Shown in pieces: positions 16,874-27,742 of a DNA stretch of 64,000 nucleotides (position 1 is its first letter; each line of letters begins with the position of its first letter). The translations under genes and the position numbers were made by a program. Under the pieces are notes generated by a model that was not told the DNA's origin, made no database searches, and saw only the letters and a list, made by a program, of their open reading frames with translations. The stretch is from an uncultured Gammaproteobacteria bacterium (GTDB taxonomy: Bacteria; Pseudomonadota; Gammaproteobacteria; JAURND01): the NCBI GenBank assembly GCA_963797335.1, contig CAWCOU010000006.1:10108-74107 (forward strand). The letters run 5' to 3'.

Positions 16874-18112
16874 TTGCATCACCAAAAAAGAAGAGTAGTG
16901 GTTACCGGGATGGGGGCTTTAACGCCTTTGGGATTGTCGGTTCCAGAAACCTGGGACAATATCCTGAAGGGAAAAAGTGGGGTGAGAATTATTGATTCAT
17001 TCGACCCCACCGGCTTAACGACCCAGATAGGTGCTTTACTCCAACATTTTAATTCGGATGAATACTTAAATTCCAAAGAGTCACGTAAGATCGATCGTTT
17101 TATACAATATGGTTACGTGGCTTCCAAACAGGCGTTAGAAGATTCAGGATTGGTCGTCACCGAAGAAAATTCGCCTCGCATCGGGGTAGCGATTGGTTCA
17201 GGTATTGGTGGCTTGCCGCTGATCGAAAAGAACCATGAAATTCTGCTAAAAGAGGGGCCACGACGGATTTCACCGTTCTTTATTCCCAGCGTGATTATTA
17301 ATATGGCCGCTGGCTTTGTCTCCATCAAGTTTAATTTAAAAGGCCCCAATATTGCGATTGTCACCGCGTGTACCACCGGTGCCCATAATATTGGCCATGC
17401 AGCACGTATGATTGCTTATGGCGATGCCGATGCCATGGTAGCCGGCGGTGTGGAAATGGCGACGACGCAATTAGGCGTAGGTGGTTTCGCCGCTGCTAGA
17501 GCCGTTTCTACGCGTAACGATGAACCCGCTAAAGCCAGCCGACCCTGGGATAGGGATAGGGATGGTTTTGTCTTGGGTGAAGGCGCAGGTATCATGGTAT
17601 TAGAAGAGTACGAACATGCGCGCAAACGCGGCGCGAGAATTTATGCTGAGTTATTGGGCTTTGGTATGAGTGCGGATGCCTACCATATCACTCATCCTGG
17701 CGATATTGGTACGGTATTGGCCATGCAGAATACGTTGCGGGATGCCGGTGTTAATCCGGATGAAGTGGATTATATCAACGCCCACGCGACCTCGACGTTG
17801 ATCGGCGACGTGGCCGAAGTCAATGCCATTAAGAAAGCCTTTGGTGATGCTGCCTATCGCATACCAGTCAGTTCCACTAAATCGATGACCGGGCATTTAT
17901 TAGGTGCTGCTGGCTCCGTGGAAGCTATTTTCTGTGTTTTAGCAATACGCGATCAAGTCGCTCCGCCGACGATAAACCTGGATAACCCCGATGAAGGCTG
18001 TGACTTGGATTTTGTCCCTCATCAACCCCGATCGGTCAAAATTAATAAGAGCTTTTCAAACTCCTTCGGCTTCGGCGGCACCAACGGCAGCTTATTATTC
18101 GGACGAATTTGA
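16874..18112 (+). CDS. fabF: 3-oxoacyl-ACP synthase II.
   Basis: [11 protein letters not shown]-terminus, active-site ACTTG, HATST and HLLGAAG motifs. Preferred start is TTG at 16874, 7 nt after GAGGA. The track's TTG at 16847 is also possible. Confidence 0.85.
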   Translation: MHHQKRRVVVTGMGALTPLGLSVPETWDNILKGKSGVRIIDSFDPTGLTTQIGALLQHFNSDEYLNSKESRKIDRFIQYGYVASKQALEDSGLVVTEENSPRIGVAIGSGIGGLPLIEKNHEILLKEGPRRISPFFIPSVIINMAAGFVSIKFNLKGPNIAIVTACTTGAHNIGHAARMIAYGDADAMVAGGVEMATTQLGVGGFAAARAVSTRNDEPAKASRPWDRDRDGFVLGEGAGIMVLEEYEHARKRGARIYAELLGFGMSADAYHITHPGDIGTVLAMQNTLRDAGVNPDEVDYINAHATSTLIGDVAEVNAIKKAFGDAAYRIPVSSTKSMTGHLLGAAGSVEAIFCVLAIRDQVAPPTINLDNPDEGCDLDFVPHQPRSVKINKSFSNSFGFGGTNGSLLFGRI

Positions 18113-18146
18113 CAATTCCCCTTATAAAAAGCCTCCCCCCCTTGTT

Positions 18147-18370
18147 ATAAATATTATATAAAATCCTTCTCCCCTTGTGGGAGAAGGTGCCGAAGACGGA
18201 TGAGGGGTAAAAAAAAGCCCGAGACAATGCTAAAAATTTTCCAAAAAAAATAAAGAGCTAATGGTCACGTTGTCATTTTTTCTGGAAAGTTAGAAACGGA
18301 ATTTTGCTTTATTTTTACCCCTCATCCGCCCTAACGGGCACCTTCTCCCACAAGGGGAGAAGGATATTTA
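18147..18370. mobile_element. MITE-like palindromic element with ~50-bp terminal inverted repeats, inserted between fabF and mltG. Decayed partial copies follow up to about 18480.
   Basis: Left end ccttctccccttgtgggagaaggtgcc...ggatgaggggtaaaaa. Right end is its reverse complement (tttttacccctcatcc...ggcaccttctcccacaaggggagaagg). aaggatatttata is repeated three times downstream. Confidence 0.6.
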
Positions 18371-18503
18371 TATATTATTTATATAATATGTATAAAAGGA
18401 TATTTATAAGAATTCTCTTTTGTTTTTTCTGTAAGGGAGAGGGATATGTATAAGGGGTGAAGGATATTTATAAAAGATAAATACCCATTCTGAGGTAAGC
18501 CTG

Positions 18504-19592
18504 ATGCGACGAATATGGGTTATTTCAATTGCCACGGTTGTTCTATTAACCCTCCTTTGGCTGGGCTGGCTTAGCCTGCGGTTCTTTCTCTTTCCCATGG
18601 TCGCCACCGATAGGCCCTTGCGAATCGTGGTAGCCCCCAGCATCACCCTGACGCAACTGGTCGAAGACCTACACCACCAAGGCATCCTCAAAGACCCGTA
18701 TTACTTTATGGGGGTAGCCAAGCTACACACCCACTTCACTCAGCTGAAAGCAGGGGAATACTTACTGCCTCCCCATGCCACCCCCAACGAATTCTTAGAA
18801 AAACTCCTGAAAGGCAAGATCCTACTGCACAAAATCACCTTCGTGGAAGGCTGGACATTCCAACAGATGCTCAAAGCCATGGCCGCTAACCCGGCGTTAA
18901 CGCATAGCTTACAAAATCAATCACCACAGGCTATCATGGCATCGCTCGGTCACCCCGGCGAATCTCCAGAAGGGCAGTTTTATCCCAGTACTTATTTGTT
19001 TGGTTTTGGCGTAAAAGATATTAAAATATTACGAATGTCGTTTGACCTGATGCAGAAAAAGCTAAAACTGGCCTGGCAAAAACGTGACCCATCGGTGGAT
19101 AGGTTTTATCAAACGCCGTATCAGGCCTTAATTGTGGCATCCATGATTGAGAAAGAAACGGCGCTGGCTAGGGAACGACCGATGGTTGCTGGCGTCATCA
19201 TCAACCGTTTGCAAAAAGGCATGCGCTTACAAATTGATGCCACGGTGATTTATGGCCTGGCCGAAAAACACCCGGGCGGGTTAACACATACAGACCTGAT
19301 CACGGATACCGCGTATAATACTTATACTCGGGGGGGATTGCCGCCGACGCCCATTGCCATGCCGGGGTATACTTCGATTGAAGCGGCGTTGCACCCAAAA
19401 CCAACGCAGGCACTCTACTACGTAGCCAAAGGAGATGGCAGTCACGTGTTTTCTAATGATTTACAAGCCCATCATTTAGCCGTGCAACGGTATTTGCTGG
19501 CCAGAAAAACTAGCTTAAATTTGCCGTACTGTATTTCCAGCGCATTGCTACTTCATTTTTGGCAACGATTAGACATAGGTTCTAGCCCATGA
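18504..19592 (+). CDS. mltG: Endolytic murein transglycosylase MltG (YceG).
   Basis: N-terminal TM segment, LKAGEY and GLPPTPI motifs. Confidence 0.8.
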   Translation: MRRIWVISIATVVLLTLLWLGWLSLRFFLFPMVATDRPLRIVVAPSITLTQLVEDLHHQGILKDPYYFMGVAKLHTHFTQLKAGEYLLPPHATPNEFLEKLLKGKILLHKITFVEGWTFQQMLKAMAANPALTHSLQNQSPQAIMASLGHPGESPEGQFYPSTYLFGFGVKDIKILRMSFDLMQKKLKLAWQKRDPSVDRFYQTPYQALIVASMIEKETALARERPMVAGVIINRLQKGMRLQIDATVIYGLAEKHPGGLTHTDLITDTAYNTYTRGGLPPTPIAMPGYTSIEAALHPKPTQALYYVAKGDGSHVFSNDLQAHHLAVQRYLLARKTSLNLPYCISSALLLHFWQRLDIGSSP

Positions 19593-20218
19593 GGGGAAAA
19601 TTCATCACATTCGAGGGTATTGAAGGGGCAGGGAAGAGCACCGCGGTGCGTTTTATCCAGCGGCTGGCCTCTCAGGCCCATATCGCCCATTGTGTCACTC
19701 GCGAACCGGGTGGCACTGAGATCGCGGAAGCGATTCGCCAGTTAATACTAAGGCATTACGACGAAACCATGTCAGCCGACACCGAAATGCTATTATTATT
19801 CGCCAGTCGCGCCCAGCATCTGGCTCGCGTGATTTTACCGGCGTTGCAAGCCGGCCAATGGGTTTTTTGCGATCGCTTCACCGATGCCAGTTATGCTTAC
19901 CAAGGCGGCGGTCGGGGTATGGCGATTGCGCGTATCGAACAATTAGAACACTGGGTGCAGGGAGATTTACGGCCAGACTACGTTTTATTATTAGACGTGC
20001 CGGTAGCCTTGGGTATGGAGCGCATTCGTAGACGTAAGAACAACGATCGCATTGAAAGCGAACAAGCCCAGTTTTTTACGCGTGTGCGCGAACAATACCT
20101 AGCGCGTGCCAAGTTACAACCAGAACGGTATAGAATTATCGATGCCAGTCAGCCATTAGCCGCTGTTCAACGACAATTGCAAACGGTTTTTACGGCCATC
20201 GCAGGAGCGCAGAGATGA
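19589..20218 (+). CDS. tmk: Thymidylate kinase.
   Basis: FITFEGIEGAGKST P-loop. Confidence 0.9.
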   Translation: MRGKFITFEGIEGAGKSTAVRFIQRLASQAHIAHCVTREPGGTEIAEAIRQLILRHYDETMSADTEMLLLFASRAQHLARVILPALQAGQWVFCDRFTDASYAYQGGGRGMAIARIEQLEHWVQGDLRPDYVLLLDVPVALGMERIRRRKNNDRIESEQAQFFTRVREQYLARAKLQPERYRIIDASQPLAAVQRQLQTVFTAIAGAQR

Positions 20219-21054
20219 ACACGACAGCAACGACAGATGAAACAACTGCGCTGGCGATTGTCCGTGGCGAAGCATTAACCGCCTGGCCGCAGGATTTGTA
20301 TATACCGCCGGACGCTTTGGAAATTTTCCTCGAAACCTTCACTGGCCCACTGGATTTATTACTCTACCTCATTAAAAAACAAAATCTGGATATTCTCGAT
20401 ATACCTATCGCCGAAATTGCCCGCCAATACCAGAAATACATCGAATTAATGCAAGTTCTAAAACTGGAATTAGCAGCGGAATATTTGTTGATGGGGGCTA
20501 TGCTGGCGGAAATTAAATCGCGGCTATTATTACCACGACCCGAACACGCCAACGAAGAAGAAGACCCACGCGCCGATTTAGTGCGGCGATTAAAAGAATA
20601 CGAACAATTCAAACGAGCAGCCGAAAATTTAGATGCTTTGCCGCGAGTTGAGCGAGATATTATTCCCGTCGATATTTTGCCCTTATCGCGGGAAGACCTG
20701 CCAAAAACTTTACCCACGGTCACGTTGCGTGAAATAGTCCTTGCGCTCAATGAGGTGATGACGCGTGCTAATTTACGCGTGCCGCACCTCATCCACGTCG
20801 AAGTATTGACAGTGAGAGAACGCATGGCTGATATTTTACAACGCATGTCGGAATGCAGTCAGCTCTCGTTTTCGATATTGCTGCGTCCGGGTGAAGGGCG
20901 AGTTGGAGTTGTAGTGACTTTGATTGCGATTCTGGAGTTACTCAAGCAATCCGCCATCACCATCAGTCAATCCCAACCGTATGCACCCATACAGATTCAG
21001 GTATTGGCCGCTCAGCCAGTGGCTGAGTTGACTGCATCGCCTGCCCTCCATTAG
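20215..21054 (+). CDS. scpA: Segregation and condensation protein A.
   Basis: LDLLLYLIKKQNLDILDIPIAEI kleisin N-terminus. Overlaps the tmk stop. Confidence 0.8.
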   Translation: MNTTATTDETTALAIVRGEALTAWPQDLYIPPDALEIFLETFTGPLDLLLYLIKKQNLDILDIPIAEIARQYQKYIELMQVLKLELAAEYLLMGAMLAEIKSRLLLPRPEHANEEEDPRADLVRRLKEYEQFKRAAENLDALPRVERDIIPVDILPLSREDLPKTLPTVTLREIVLALNEVMTRANLRVPHLIHVEVLTVRERMADILQRMSECSQLSFSILLRPGEGRVGVVVTLIAILELLKQSAITISQSQPYAPIQIQVLAAQPVAELTASPALH

Positions 21055-21069
21055 TTGATGAGAAACTCC

Positions 21070-21734
21070 TATGTCATTATCCATTGAGTTGATTCGTACC
21101 GATTTTAGAAGCCGCGATTCTCAGTTCTCCCGAACCGGTCAGCATCGATCGATTAGTACAGCTGTTTAGTGAGGAAGAAGGCCTCACTAACAAAGAGCTA
21201 CGCGAAATTTTGCAGCAAAGAATGCAAGAAAACGATCACTACAGTTTTGAATTAAAAGAAGTCGCCAGTGGTTATCGCTTTCAAGTAAAAAGCGACTTGG
21301 CACCGTGGCTGCAGCGTTGGACTCAGGAACGCCCGCCGCGTTATTCCCGCGCTTTGTTAGAAACGATAGCCTTGATTGCCTACCGCCAACCGATCACTCG
21401 TGCCGAAATTGAAGACGTGCGTGGTGTCAATGTCAGCAGCAATATTCTGCGCACCTTGCTGGAGCGGGAATGGGTCAAGATAGTCGGTCATCGCGACTTG
21501 CCCGGCCGGCCAGCATTATACGCAACGACCAAGCAGTTCTTGGATTATTTTAATTTGAAATCATTGTCGGAATTACCGACCTTAGCTGAGCTAGAAACGG
21601 ATACGGAAAATTTATCCGGCGTGGAACAAATGGTGCGAGAATTACAAGCCATGGCGCCGGAAGCTGCTGGTGAGAACGAGGCTGTTCGCGAACCGATTCT
21701 TTATCCGTTGATGTGTGTTGAGCAAACCGAGTGA
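21070..21734 (+). CDS. scpB: Segregation and condensation protein B, with an apparent +1 frameshift in a T4 run near codon 12 (ATG frame 21070-21168, body frame 21101-21734).
   Basis: The ATG frame gives MSLSIELIRTDF and then stops after 32 codons. The conserved ScpB N-terminus ILEAAILSSPEPVSIDRLVQLF is in the +1 frame and has no start codon. One extra T in gattttag would fuse the two frames to MSLSIELIRTDFLEAAIL.... The track instead uses TTG at 21210. Confidence 0.6.
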
Positions 21735-22447
21735 CTGAAAAATTACAAAAAGTATTGGCGAGGGTAGGGTTGGGTTCTCGGCGTGAGATTGAGCGCTGGA
21801 TTGCCAATGGTCAGGTGAATGTTGATGGTAAAATCGCCGTCTTGGGTGATCGGGTGGCATTGACTGCGAAAATTGCAGTCGATGGCAAACCCATTTCACT
21901 GCTGGCTGATGCCAATGCCACTACTGTATTACTTTATCACAAACCGGAAGGCGAGATGTGCACCCGCTTGGATCCCGAAGGTCGGCCCACGGTATTTGAC
22001 CATCTGCCATTGCTTCCCAGTGGTCGCTGGGTGATGGTCGGCCGACTGGATTTTAATACCTCCGGGTTATTATTATTCACCAATAATGGCGAGTTGGCTA
22101 ATCAATGGATGCACCCTTCTTCGCATTTACAACGAGTTTATGCGGTGCGGGTGTTTGGCGTTGTTAATGCCGCTATGCTCCAGAATTTGCAACAAGGCGT
22201 CATGCTAGAAGATGGCATGGCCCGCTTTGACAGCATCGAGGCCATGAAGGATGGCAACCGCAATTCCTGGTATAAAGTGTCTATTGCCGAAGGACGTAAC
22301 CGCATCGTCCGCCGGTTATGGGAATCCCAGCACGTGCAGGTTAGCCGCTTGATTCGTCTACAATTCGGCTCCTTAACCCTGCCCCGTGAATTAGCAGCCG
22401 GCAGCTATCAATTCCTTTCAGCCTCTGACTTGGCAGAAATGGTTTGA
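21731..22447 (+). CDS. rluB: 23S rRNA pseudouridine synthase B.
   Basis: S4 domain at the N-terminus and the RLD(F)NTSGLLL catalytic motif. Confidence 0.85.
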   Translation: MTEKLQKVLARVGLGSRREIERWIANGQVNVDGKIAVLGDRVALTAKIAVDGKPISLLADANATTVLLYHKPEGEMCTRLDPEGRPTVFDHLPLLPSGRWVMVGRLDFNTSGLLLFTNNGELANQWMHPSSHLQRVYAVRVFGVVNAAMLQNLQQGVMLEDGMARFDSIEAMKDGNRNSWYKVSIAEGRNRIVRRLWESQHVQVSRLIRLQFGSLTLPRELAAGSYQFLSASDLAEMV

Positions 22448-22656
22448 AGTCAGTCTAACTCAAATTTGTTTCTAAAGAAAAAATGGTATTTTTTTTCAGC
22501 TTTCGACCTTAACTTGGTGCTTGATAGCCTAATACGATCAATGCGTTATCGTTTGCATAAAACTCTCTAAACTGTGTATTATCACTCCCTTAGAGCGTGG
22601 GCGAACCGTCCGCGCTTTTAGAAGGCTTTTTTTAGAAAAATACATATGAGATAGGC

Positions 22657-24162
22657 ATGGCGGATTTCAACACATTAGCACCATCCATCCAACCGCAGAA
22701 ACTAAAGCAACCAGTGGCTTTGCGAGTTCTGTTTCTCACCGAAATGTGGGAGCGTTTTGGTTTTTATATAGTCCAGGCCATGATGGTCTTGTACTTTACC
22801 CAAAAACTCGGTTGGTCAGATAGCCAAAGTTACGCTATTTCCGGCGCATTTACTGCGTTTGCGTATTTATCGCCTATCATGGGCGGTTATATAGCCGATC
22901 ACATTTTCGGTTATCGAGTCGCGATCATTTTGGGTGGAATTTTTCTCATCCTCGGTTATGGTTTATTCGCCACCTTATCGGAACCCTTATTATATCCAGC
23001 ATTAGCGATCATTATCATTGGCAATGGTTTTTTTAAACCGAATATCGCCACGATGCTAAGCACCTTCTACAAAGAAGGTGATCCTCGTCTAGAATCCGCT
23101 TTTACGTTTTTTTACATGGGCATTAATATCGGCTCCATGATGGCTATGCTGCTTTCAGGTTTTGTCAAAGAATGGTTTGGTTGGTCGGCGGGTTTTAGCC
23201 TAGCCAGTTTGGGATTGCTACTAGGCATGATTGGTTTTTTCCTCGGTGCCAAACAGCTTGCGCAGTATCAATTCCAACGCCCTGCCCAGCGCTGGCGAGG
23301 TCTGCTTGGCTGGTTGCACAGCAGAGCAGGGGTGTGTTTAGGCATTATTATCGCTATCCCATTGCTATCGGCCTTGGTCAGGTATAAAACCGTTGCTAAT
23401 ATTTTATTTTTTGTGTCGGCGGTTATTTTAATTCTGGTCTTATTTTTATTAGCCTATCGGCTGCACGAGAAAAGACAACGACACCGCATGCTGGCATTGA
23501 TAGGCTTGTGCATTATTTCAGTGGTATTCTGGGCTATCTGGTTCCAAATCTTTTTTTCACTGAATTTATTTATCGAAAGAAATGTCGATCGCGTCTTTTT
23601 TGGTACACAGATACCGACCGTCGCTTTTATTTCATTCGAAGCTATTTTTATTATTATTACAGCGCCAATTTTTGCAGGACTCTGGGTAAGATTAGCGGCA
23701 AAAAATAAAAACCCCTCCATACCGATGAAATTTTTCTTCGCTTTTTTATTAACGGCAATCGCGTTTCTGCTTCTGAAAATCAGCACACTGTTTGCAAACC
23801 AGGATGGATTTGTTAACCCTTTTTGGATTCCATTGAGTTACCTCTTTATTACCTTAGGTGAAATGTTTTTATCCCCCATTTTAATTGCTGCGGTCACCTT
23901 GTTGGCTCCCCAAAAATGGAAAGGGATGATGATGGGTATTTATTTAATTGGTATTGGTTATGGTGGTAAATTAGCAGGAGTGGTTGCTGATCTGTCCAGT
24001 ATCCCGGACAATATAAAAAACCGAGTCTTGACCACTCAATACTATGGTCATGCTTTTTTTTATTATGCGGTATTGGCCGTGATAACCGGTTTTATTGTTT
24101 TATCACTGGTGCCTTTATTTAAACGTTGGATTAACGAGGGTACTGTTGAACAATTCCCTTAA
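22657..24162 (+). CDS. POT/PTR2 family proton-dependent oligopeptide transporter.
   Basis: ERFGFY and GGYIADHIFG signature motifs. 12-14 TM segments. Confidence 0.8.
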   Translation: MADFNTLAPSIQPQKLKQPVALRVLFLTEMWERFGFYIVQAMMVLYFTQKLGWSDSQSYAISGAFTAFAYLSPIMGGYIADHIFGYRVAIILGGIFLILGYGLFATLSEPLLYPALAIIIIGNGFFKPNIATMLSTFYKEGDPRLESAFTFFYMGINIGSMMAMLLSGFVKEWFGWSAGFSLASLGLLLGMIGFFLGAKQLAQYQFQRPAQRWRGLLGWLHSRAGVCLGIIIAIPLLSALVRYKTVANILFFVSAVILILVLFLLAYRLHEKRQRHRMLALIGLCIISVVFWAIWFQIFFSLNLFIERNVDRVFFGTQIPTVAFISFEAIFIIITAPIFAGLWVRLAAKNKNPSIPMKFFFAFLLTAIAFLLLKISTLFANQDGFVNPFWIPLSYLFITLGEMFLSPILIAAVTLLAPQKWKGMMMGIYLIGIGYGGKLAGVVADLSSIPDNIKNRVLTTQYYGHAFFYYAVLAVITGFIVLSLVPLFKRWINEGTVEQFP

Positions 24163-24181
24163 CGTCAGCCATACCCAATAC

Positions 24182-25231
24182 ATGATGCAGGCCTTGGCAT
24201 TGGCGCAAATTCGGCGGGGCTTTTGCGCACCCAACCCTGCGGTGGGTGCTGTGGTCGTGAAAGGCGATGAGGTTATAGCGGAAGGTTATCACATGGCTCC
24301 CGGGCAACCTCATGCGGAGGTGAACGCCCTGGCAAAGCTTTCCGATGAGCAAAGTCGGGATGCCATTGTTTACGTGACGTTAGAGCCCTGTTGCCATCAG
24401 GGCAGAACGCCGCCGTGTGTAGATCTATTAATTCAAAAAGGTGTCAAAGCGGTTTATTACGGTTTTCGGGACCCCAATCCGTTAGTGGCCGGGCAGGGGG
24501 CTAAACAGTTACAGGCCGCGGGTGTGACTTGTCAATTTCTTCCGCTACCCGAAGTCACTGCCTTTTACCAAAGTTATGCCTATTGGCACCAATACCGTCG
24601 GCCGTGGGTAACTGCAAAAATAGCCTTAAGTTTGGATGGTAAAATAGCGGGTGCAAACGGTGAGCCTGTCGCCATTACCGGCCCTGAATTGCAACAATAC
24701 ACCCATCAGTGTCGCAAAAAATCCGATGCGATTCTGACCACGATCGCGACGGTTCTCTGCGATAATCCCCAACTCAATGTTCGTTTAGCTGGGGAAACCA
24801 TCAGCAAACCGGTTTACATTTTGGATTCCCGCTTGCGTTTTCCCATGGATGCGCAGCTGCTCTCCACAGCGGCCAGTATCACCCTGTTATACCTAGATGA
24901 TGGCAATAATACCTTGAAAAACTCCCTTTCAACCCACTCTATCCGTTGCGTGCCTATTCCAGCGAAACATGGTAAGATTTCTCTACAAGCGGTCTTAGAA
25001 TACATCGGGCAAGATGGGGTGCATGACCTATGGGTGGAAGCAGGGGGAACTTGTTTCCAGGCCCTTTTATCTGAAGGTTTAGTGCATCGCGCCCTCATCT
25101 ACCAAAGTTTAAAATGGTTAGGGGAAGCAGCCCAACCTGCCTTTACCGGACAATTTGATGCGCTGCAAAAAGCGCAGACCATGACGCGATACAGCGTGGG
25201 AAATGATGTCGTCAGCGACCTCAGCTTTTAG
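24182..25231 (+). CDS. ribD: Bifunctional riboflavin biosynthesis deaminase/reductase RibD.
   Basis: NPAVGAVVV, HAEVNAL and TLEPCCHQGRTPPC deaminase motifs. ATG at 24182. The track start at 24095 overlaps the transporter. Confidence 0.85.
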   Translation: MMQALALAQIRRGFCAPNPAVGAVVVKGDEVIAEGYHMAPGQPHAEVNALAKLSDEQSRDAIVYVTLEPCCHQGRTPPCVDLLIQKGVKAVYYGFRDPNPLVAGQGAKQLQAAGVTCQFLPLPEVTAFYQSYAYWHQYRRPWVTAKIALSLDGKIAGANGEPVAITGPELQQYTHQCRKKSDAILTTIATVLCDNPQLNVRLAGETISKPVYILDSRLRFPMDAQLLSTAASITLLYLDDGNNTLKNSLSTHSIRCVPIPAKHGKISLQAVLEYIGQDGVHDLWVEAGGTCFQALLSEGLVHRALIYQSLKWLGEAAQPAFTGQFDALQKAQTMTRYSVGNDVVSDLSF

Positions 25232-25268
25232 CCAAATCCTTATAATTTTGATAAAGTAAGCATAGCCA

Positions 25269-26510
25269 ATGTCAGTGATAAATTCTCAACCCAATCAGCC
25301 ATCGCATCGTTCCCCCCATTTTGCAACCATCGAAAAGGCCATTGACGAGCTTCGCCAAGGTCGCCTGATTATATTGATGGATGCGGAAAATCGCGAAAAC
25401 GAAGGCGACTTTATCGTTGCTGCGGATAAAATAACACCCGAAATCATCAACTTTATGGCGCGCTTTGGGCGGGGGTTAATCTGCTTGCCTATGGCAGCGG
25501 AGCTCATTGATCGACTCGATTTACCACCGATGGTCGCCCACAATACCTCCAAATATGGTACGGCCTTCACCGTGTCTATTGGCGCTAAAGAGGGGATGGC
25601 TACCGGTATTTCTGCCGTTGACCGAGCCCATACGATTCGAGTCGCTGTTCATCCGGAATCCACCCGAGCTGACTTAAGTATTCCCGGTCATGTTTTTCCG
25701 ATACGCGCCCAAGAAGGGGGTGTTCTACGTCGTGCCGGTCATACCGAGGCTAGCGTCGACCTGGTGCGAATGGCAGGTTTAACCCCGGCTGCGGTTCTAT
25801 GTGAAGTCATGAATGAAAATGGCAGCATGGCCCGCCGGGATGATTTGATTCAAGTCGCGCAAACCCATGGCATATCCCTGGTGACTATAGACGATTTAAT
25901 TGCTTACCGTCGTCGCCACGAGGTGCAGGTGAGTGAATGTGCCGCCGCCGCCTTACCGACACCGGCATACCCGGGCTTTACTATTCGTGTGTTTGAAAAT
26001 CAAATCGACGGCAGCGCGCATTTAGCACTGGTCAGTGGTGATTTAAACCCACAGGACTGCCTAGTGCGCTTGCACTCGCAATGCATCACCGGTGATATTT
26101 TTGGCTCTTTGCGCTGCGATTGTGGTTGGCAATTACAGTTTTCTCTGGATAAGATTGGTCAACAAGGCGGTGTGTTGTTGTATATGAACCAGGAAGGGCG
26201 AGGTATTGGTCTGGTGAATAAAATCAAAGCCTATGCGCTGCAAGACCAAGGGATGGATACGGTAGAGGCAAATCATTCATTGGGATTTGCTGCCGATCAC
26301 CGGGATTATGTGATAGGGGCGCAGATATTAAAACAATTGGGTGTGGAAAAAGTACGGTTGCTGACCAATAACCCCCAAAAAATAACCGCCTTGGATCAGC
26401 AGGGGATTGAAATATTGGGCAGAGAAGCGATAGAAATGGCCCCCACGCCATATAATCGTCGTTATTTGCAAACAAAACGTGAAAAACTGGGTCATCTCCT
26501 GGTATTATAA
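25269..26510 (+). CDS. ribBA: Bifunctional DHBP synthase / GTP cyclohydrolase II.
   Basis: RENEGDF DHBP-synthase motif and CxxC...GRG cyclohydrolase domain. Confidence 0.85.
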   Translation: MSVINSQPNQPSHRSPHFATIEKAIDELRQGRLIILMDAENRENEGDFIVAADKITPEIINFMARFGRGLICLPMAAELIDRLDLPPMVAHNTSKYGTAFTVSIGAKEGMATGISAVDRAHTIRVAVHPESTRADLSIPGHVFPIRAQEGGVLRRAGHTEASVDLVRMAGLTPAAVLCEVMNENGSMARRDDLIQVAQTHGISLVTIDDLIAYRRRHEVQVSECAAAALPTPAYPGFTIRVFENQIDGSAHLALVSGDLNPQDCLVRLHSQCITGDIFGSLRCDCGWQLQFSLDKIGQQGGVLLYMNQEGRGIGLVNKIKAYALQDQGMDTVEANHSLGFAADHRDYVIGAQILKQLGVEKVRLLTNNPQKITALDQQGIEILGREAIEMAPTPYNRRYLQTKREKLGHLLVL

Positions 26511-26555
26511 ACAAAATACCTGGGATTCTACATTTACGGAAACTGCTCACCCCCA

Positions 26556-26640
26556 ACTCCGTCGTCCCGCTCCCGGACTTGATCCGGGATCATCCGCGGG
26601 ATGACGTGCGAGTAGTTACCATTTACGCGACGAGGCGCCC
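26556..26640. repeat. CGTCGTCCCG... palindromic repeat family copy.
   Basis: cccccaactccgtcgtcccgctcccggacttgatccgggatcatccgcgggatgacg. Related to the 30190-30295 element (ccgcgggacgacggagttgggggg). Confidence 0.55.
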
Positions 26641-27720
26641 TTGATCTCATCCATTACTCAGTGGTTCCAACGCCGGTTTGTCGGCACTGAATTAGGTAAT
26701 TTAGCCCTGATTATCATTGCCATTGTCTTGCTGATCTGGGGCTTGGGTAAATTAATCGTGCCGGTGTTTGTCAGCGTCGTATTGGCTTACTTATTAGACG
26801 GCATGATCCGACAATTGCAACGTTGGCGAGTACCCCACAACCTAGCTGTTAATTTTGTATTTCTGCTTTTTCTTGGCCTGGTCGTATTTGGCTTGTTTAT
26901 TCTGCTGCCCCTGGTCTGGGATCAGCTAGCCAGTTTGCTCAATGAATTACCCACCAAAGTCAAACAAGTCGAAATCTTTTTTACTGACTTATCTCAACGC
27001 TACCCTGCTTATCTCTCCAAGGCGCAAATTCAAAGCGTGATCAATGGCTTCCAATCCGATTTTGCCCGCATTGGTAAATACGCCTTGTCTATTTCGTTAA
27101 CGACGATTTCCAGTGTCATGATGATTGTCGTTTACTTAGTGTTGGTGCCATTAATAGTTTATTTTTTCCTCAAGGATCGTGATCCCATTCTCAACTGGTT
27201 TGCCCGATTTTTACCCCAAAAGCGCCAATTGTCCAGGCAAGTATGGGGTGAGGTTAACCAACAAATTGGTGCCTACATCCAAGCCAAAATATTGGAAATG
27301 ATTATTGTCGGCGTGGCCAGCACCCTAGTTTTTGTGATACTGGGCTTGAATTATGCTGTGTTACTGGGGGTGTTAGTGGGTTTATCGGCATTGATACCGT
27401 ATGTGGGTGTCATCCTGGTGACAGTGCCTTTAGTGATTGTGGCTTATGTGCAATGGGGGTTCGACGTCCACTTCCTGTACTTAATGATCGCCTATTGTAT
27501 ATTGATGGTCTTGGACGGTAACGTATTAACGCCGCTATTATTTTCCGAAACCATGAAAATTCATCCAGTGGCTGTGATTATTGCGGTGCTGATTTTCGGT
27601 GGTTTGTGGGGATTTTGGGGTATCTTTTTTGCGATTCCGCTCGCCGCAGTGGTGAAAGTATTACTCAATGCCTGGGTACAGCATAACGATCAGGTGCGTC
27701 GAGAAACGCCACTCCAATAA
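26641..27720 (+). CDS. AI-2E family (PerM/UPF0118) membrane transporter.
   Basis: 8 TM segments and family-typical architecture. TTG start. Confidence 0.6.
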   Translation: MISSITQWFQRRFVGTELGNLALIIIAIVLLIWGLGKLIVPVFVSVVLAYLLDGMIRQLQRWRVPHNLAVNFVFLLFLGLVVFGLFILLPLVWDQLASLLNELPTKVKQVEIFFTDLSQRYPAYLSKAQIQSVINGFQSDFARIGKYALSISLTTISSVMMIVVYLVLVPLIVYFFLKDRDPILNWFARFLPQKRQLSRQVWGEVNQQIGAYIQAKILEMIIVGVASTLVFVILGLNYAVLLGVLVGLSALIPYVGVILVTVPLVIVAYVQWGFDVHFLYLMIAYCILMVLDGNVLTPLLFSETMKIHPVAVIIAVLIFGGLWGFWGIFFAIPLAAVVKVLLNAWVQHNDQVRRETPLQ

Positions 27721-27742
27721 CAAAGCCTTAGAAGGATCTAAA

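Noticed and set aside
22561-22640. Possible rho-independent terminator or riboswitch upstream of the POT transporter
   Set aside because: The stem agcgtggg/tccgcgct needs two G-U pairs and lies more than 100 bp from the rluB stop. Too weak to call.
24095-24181. ribD start at 24095 overlapping the POT transporter by 68 nt
   Set aside because: The deaminase domain begins at MMQALALAQ (24182). The upstream part is hydrophobic read-through.
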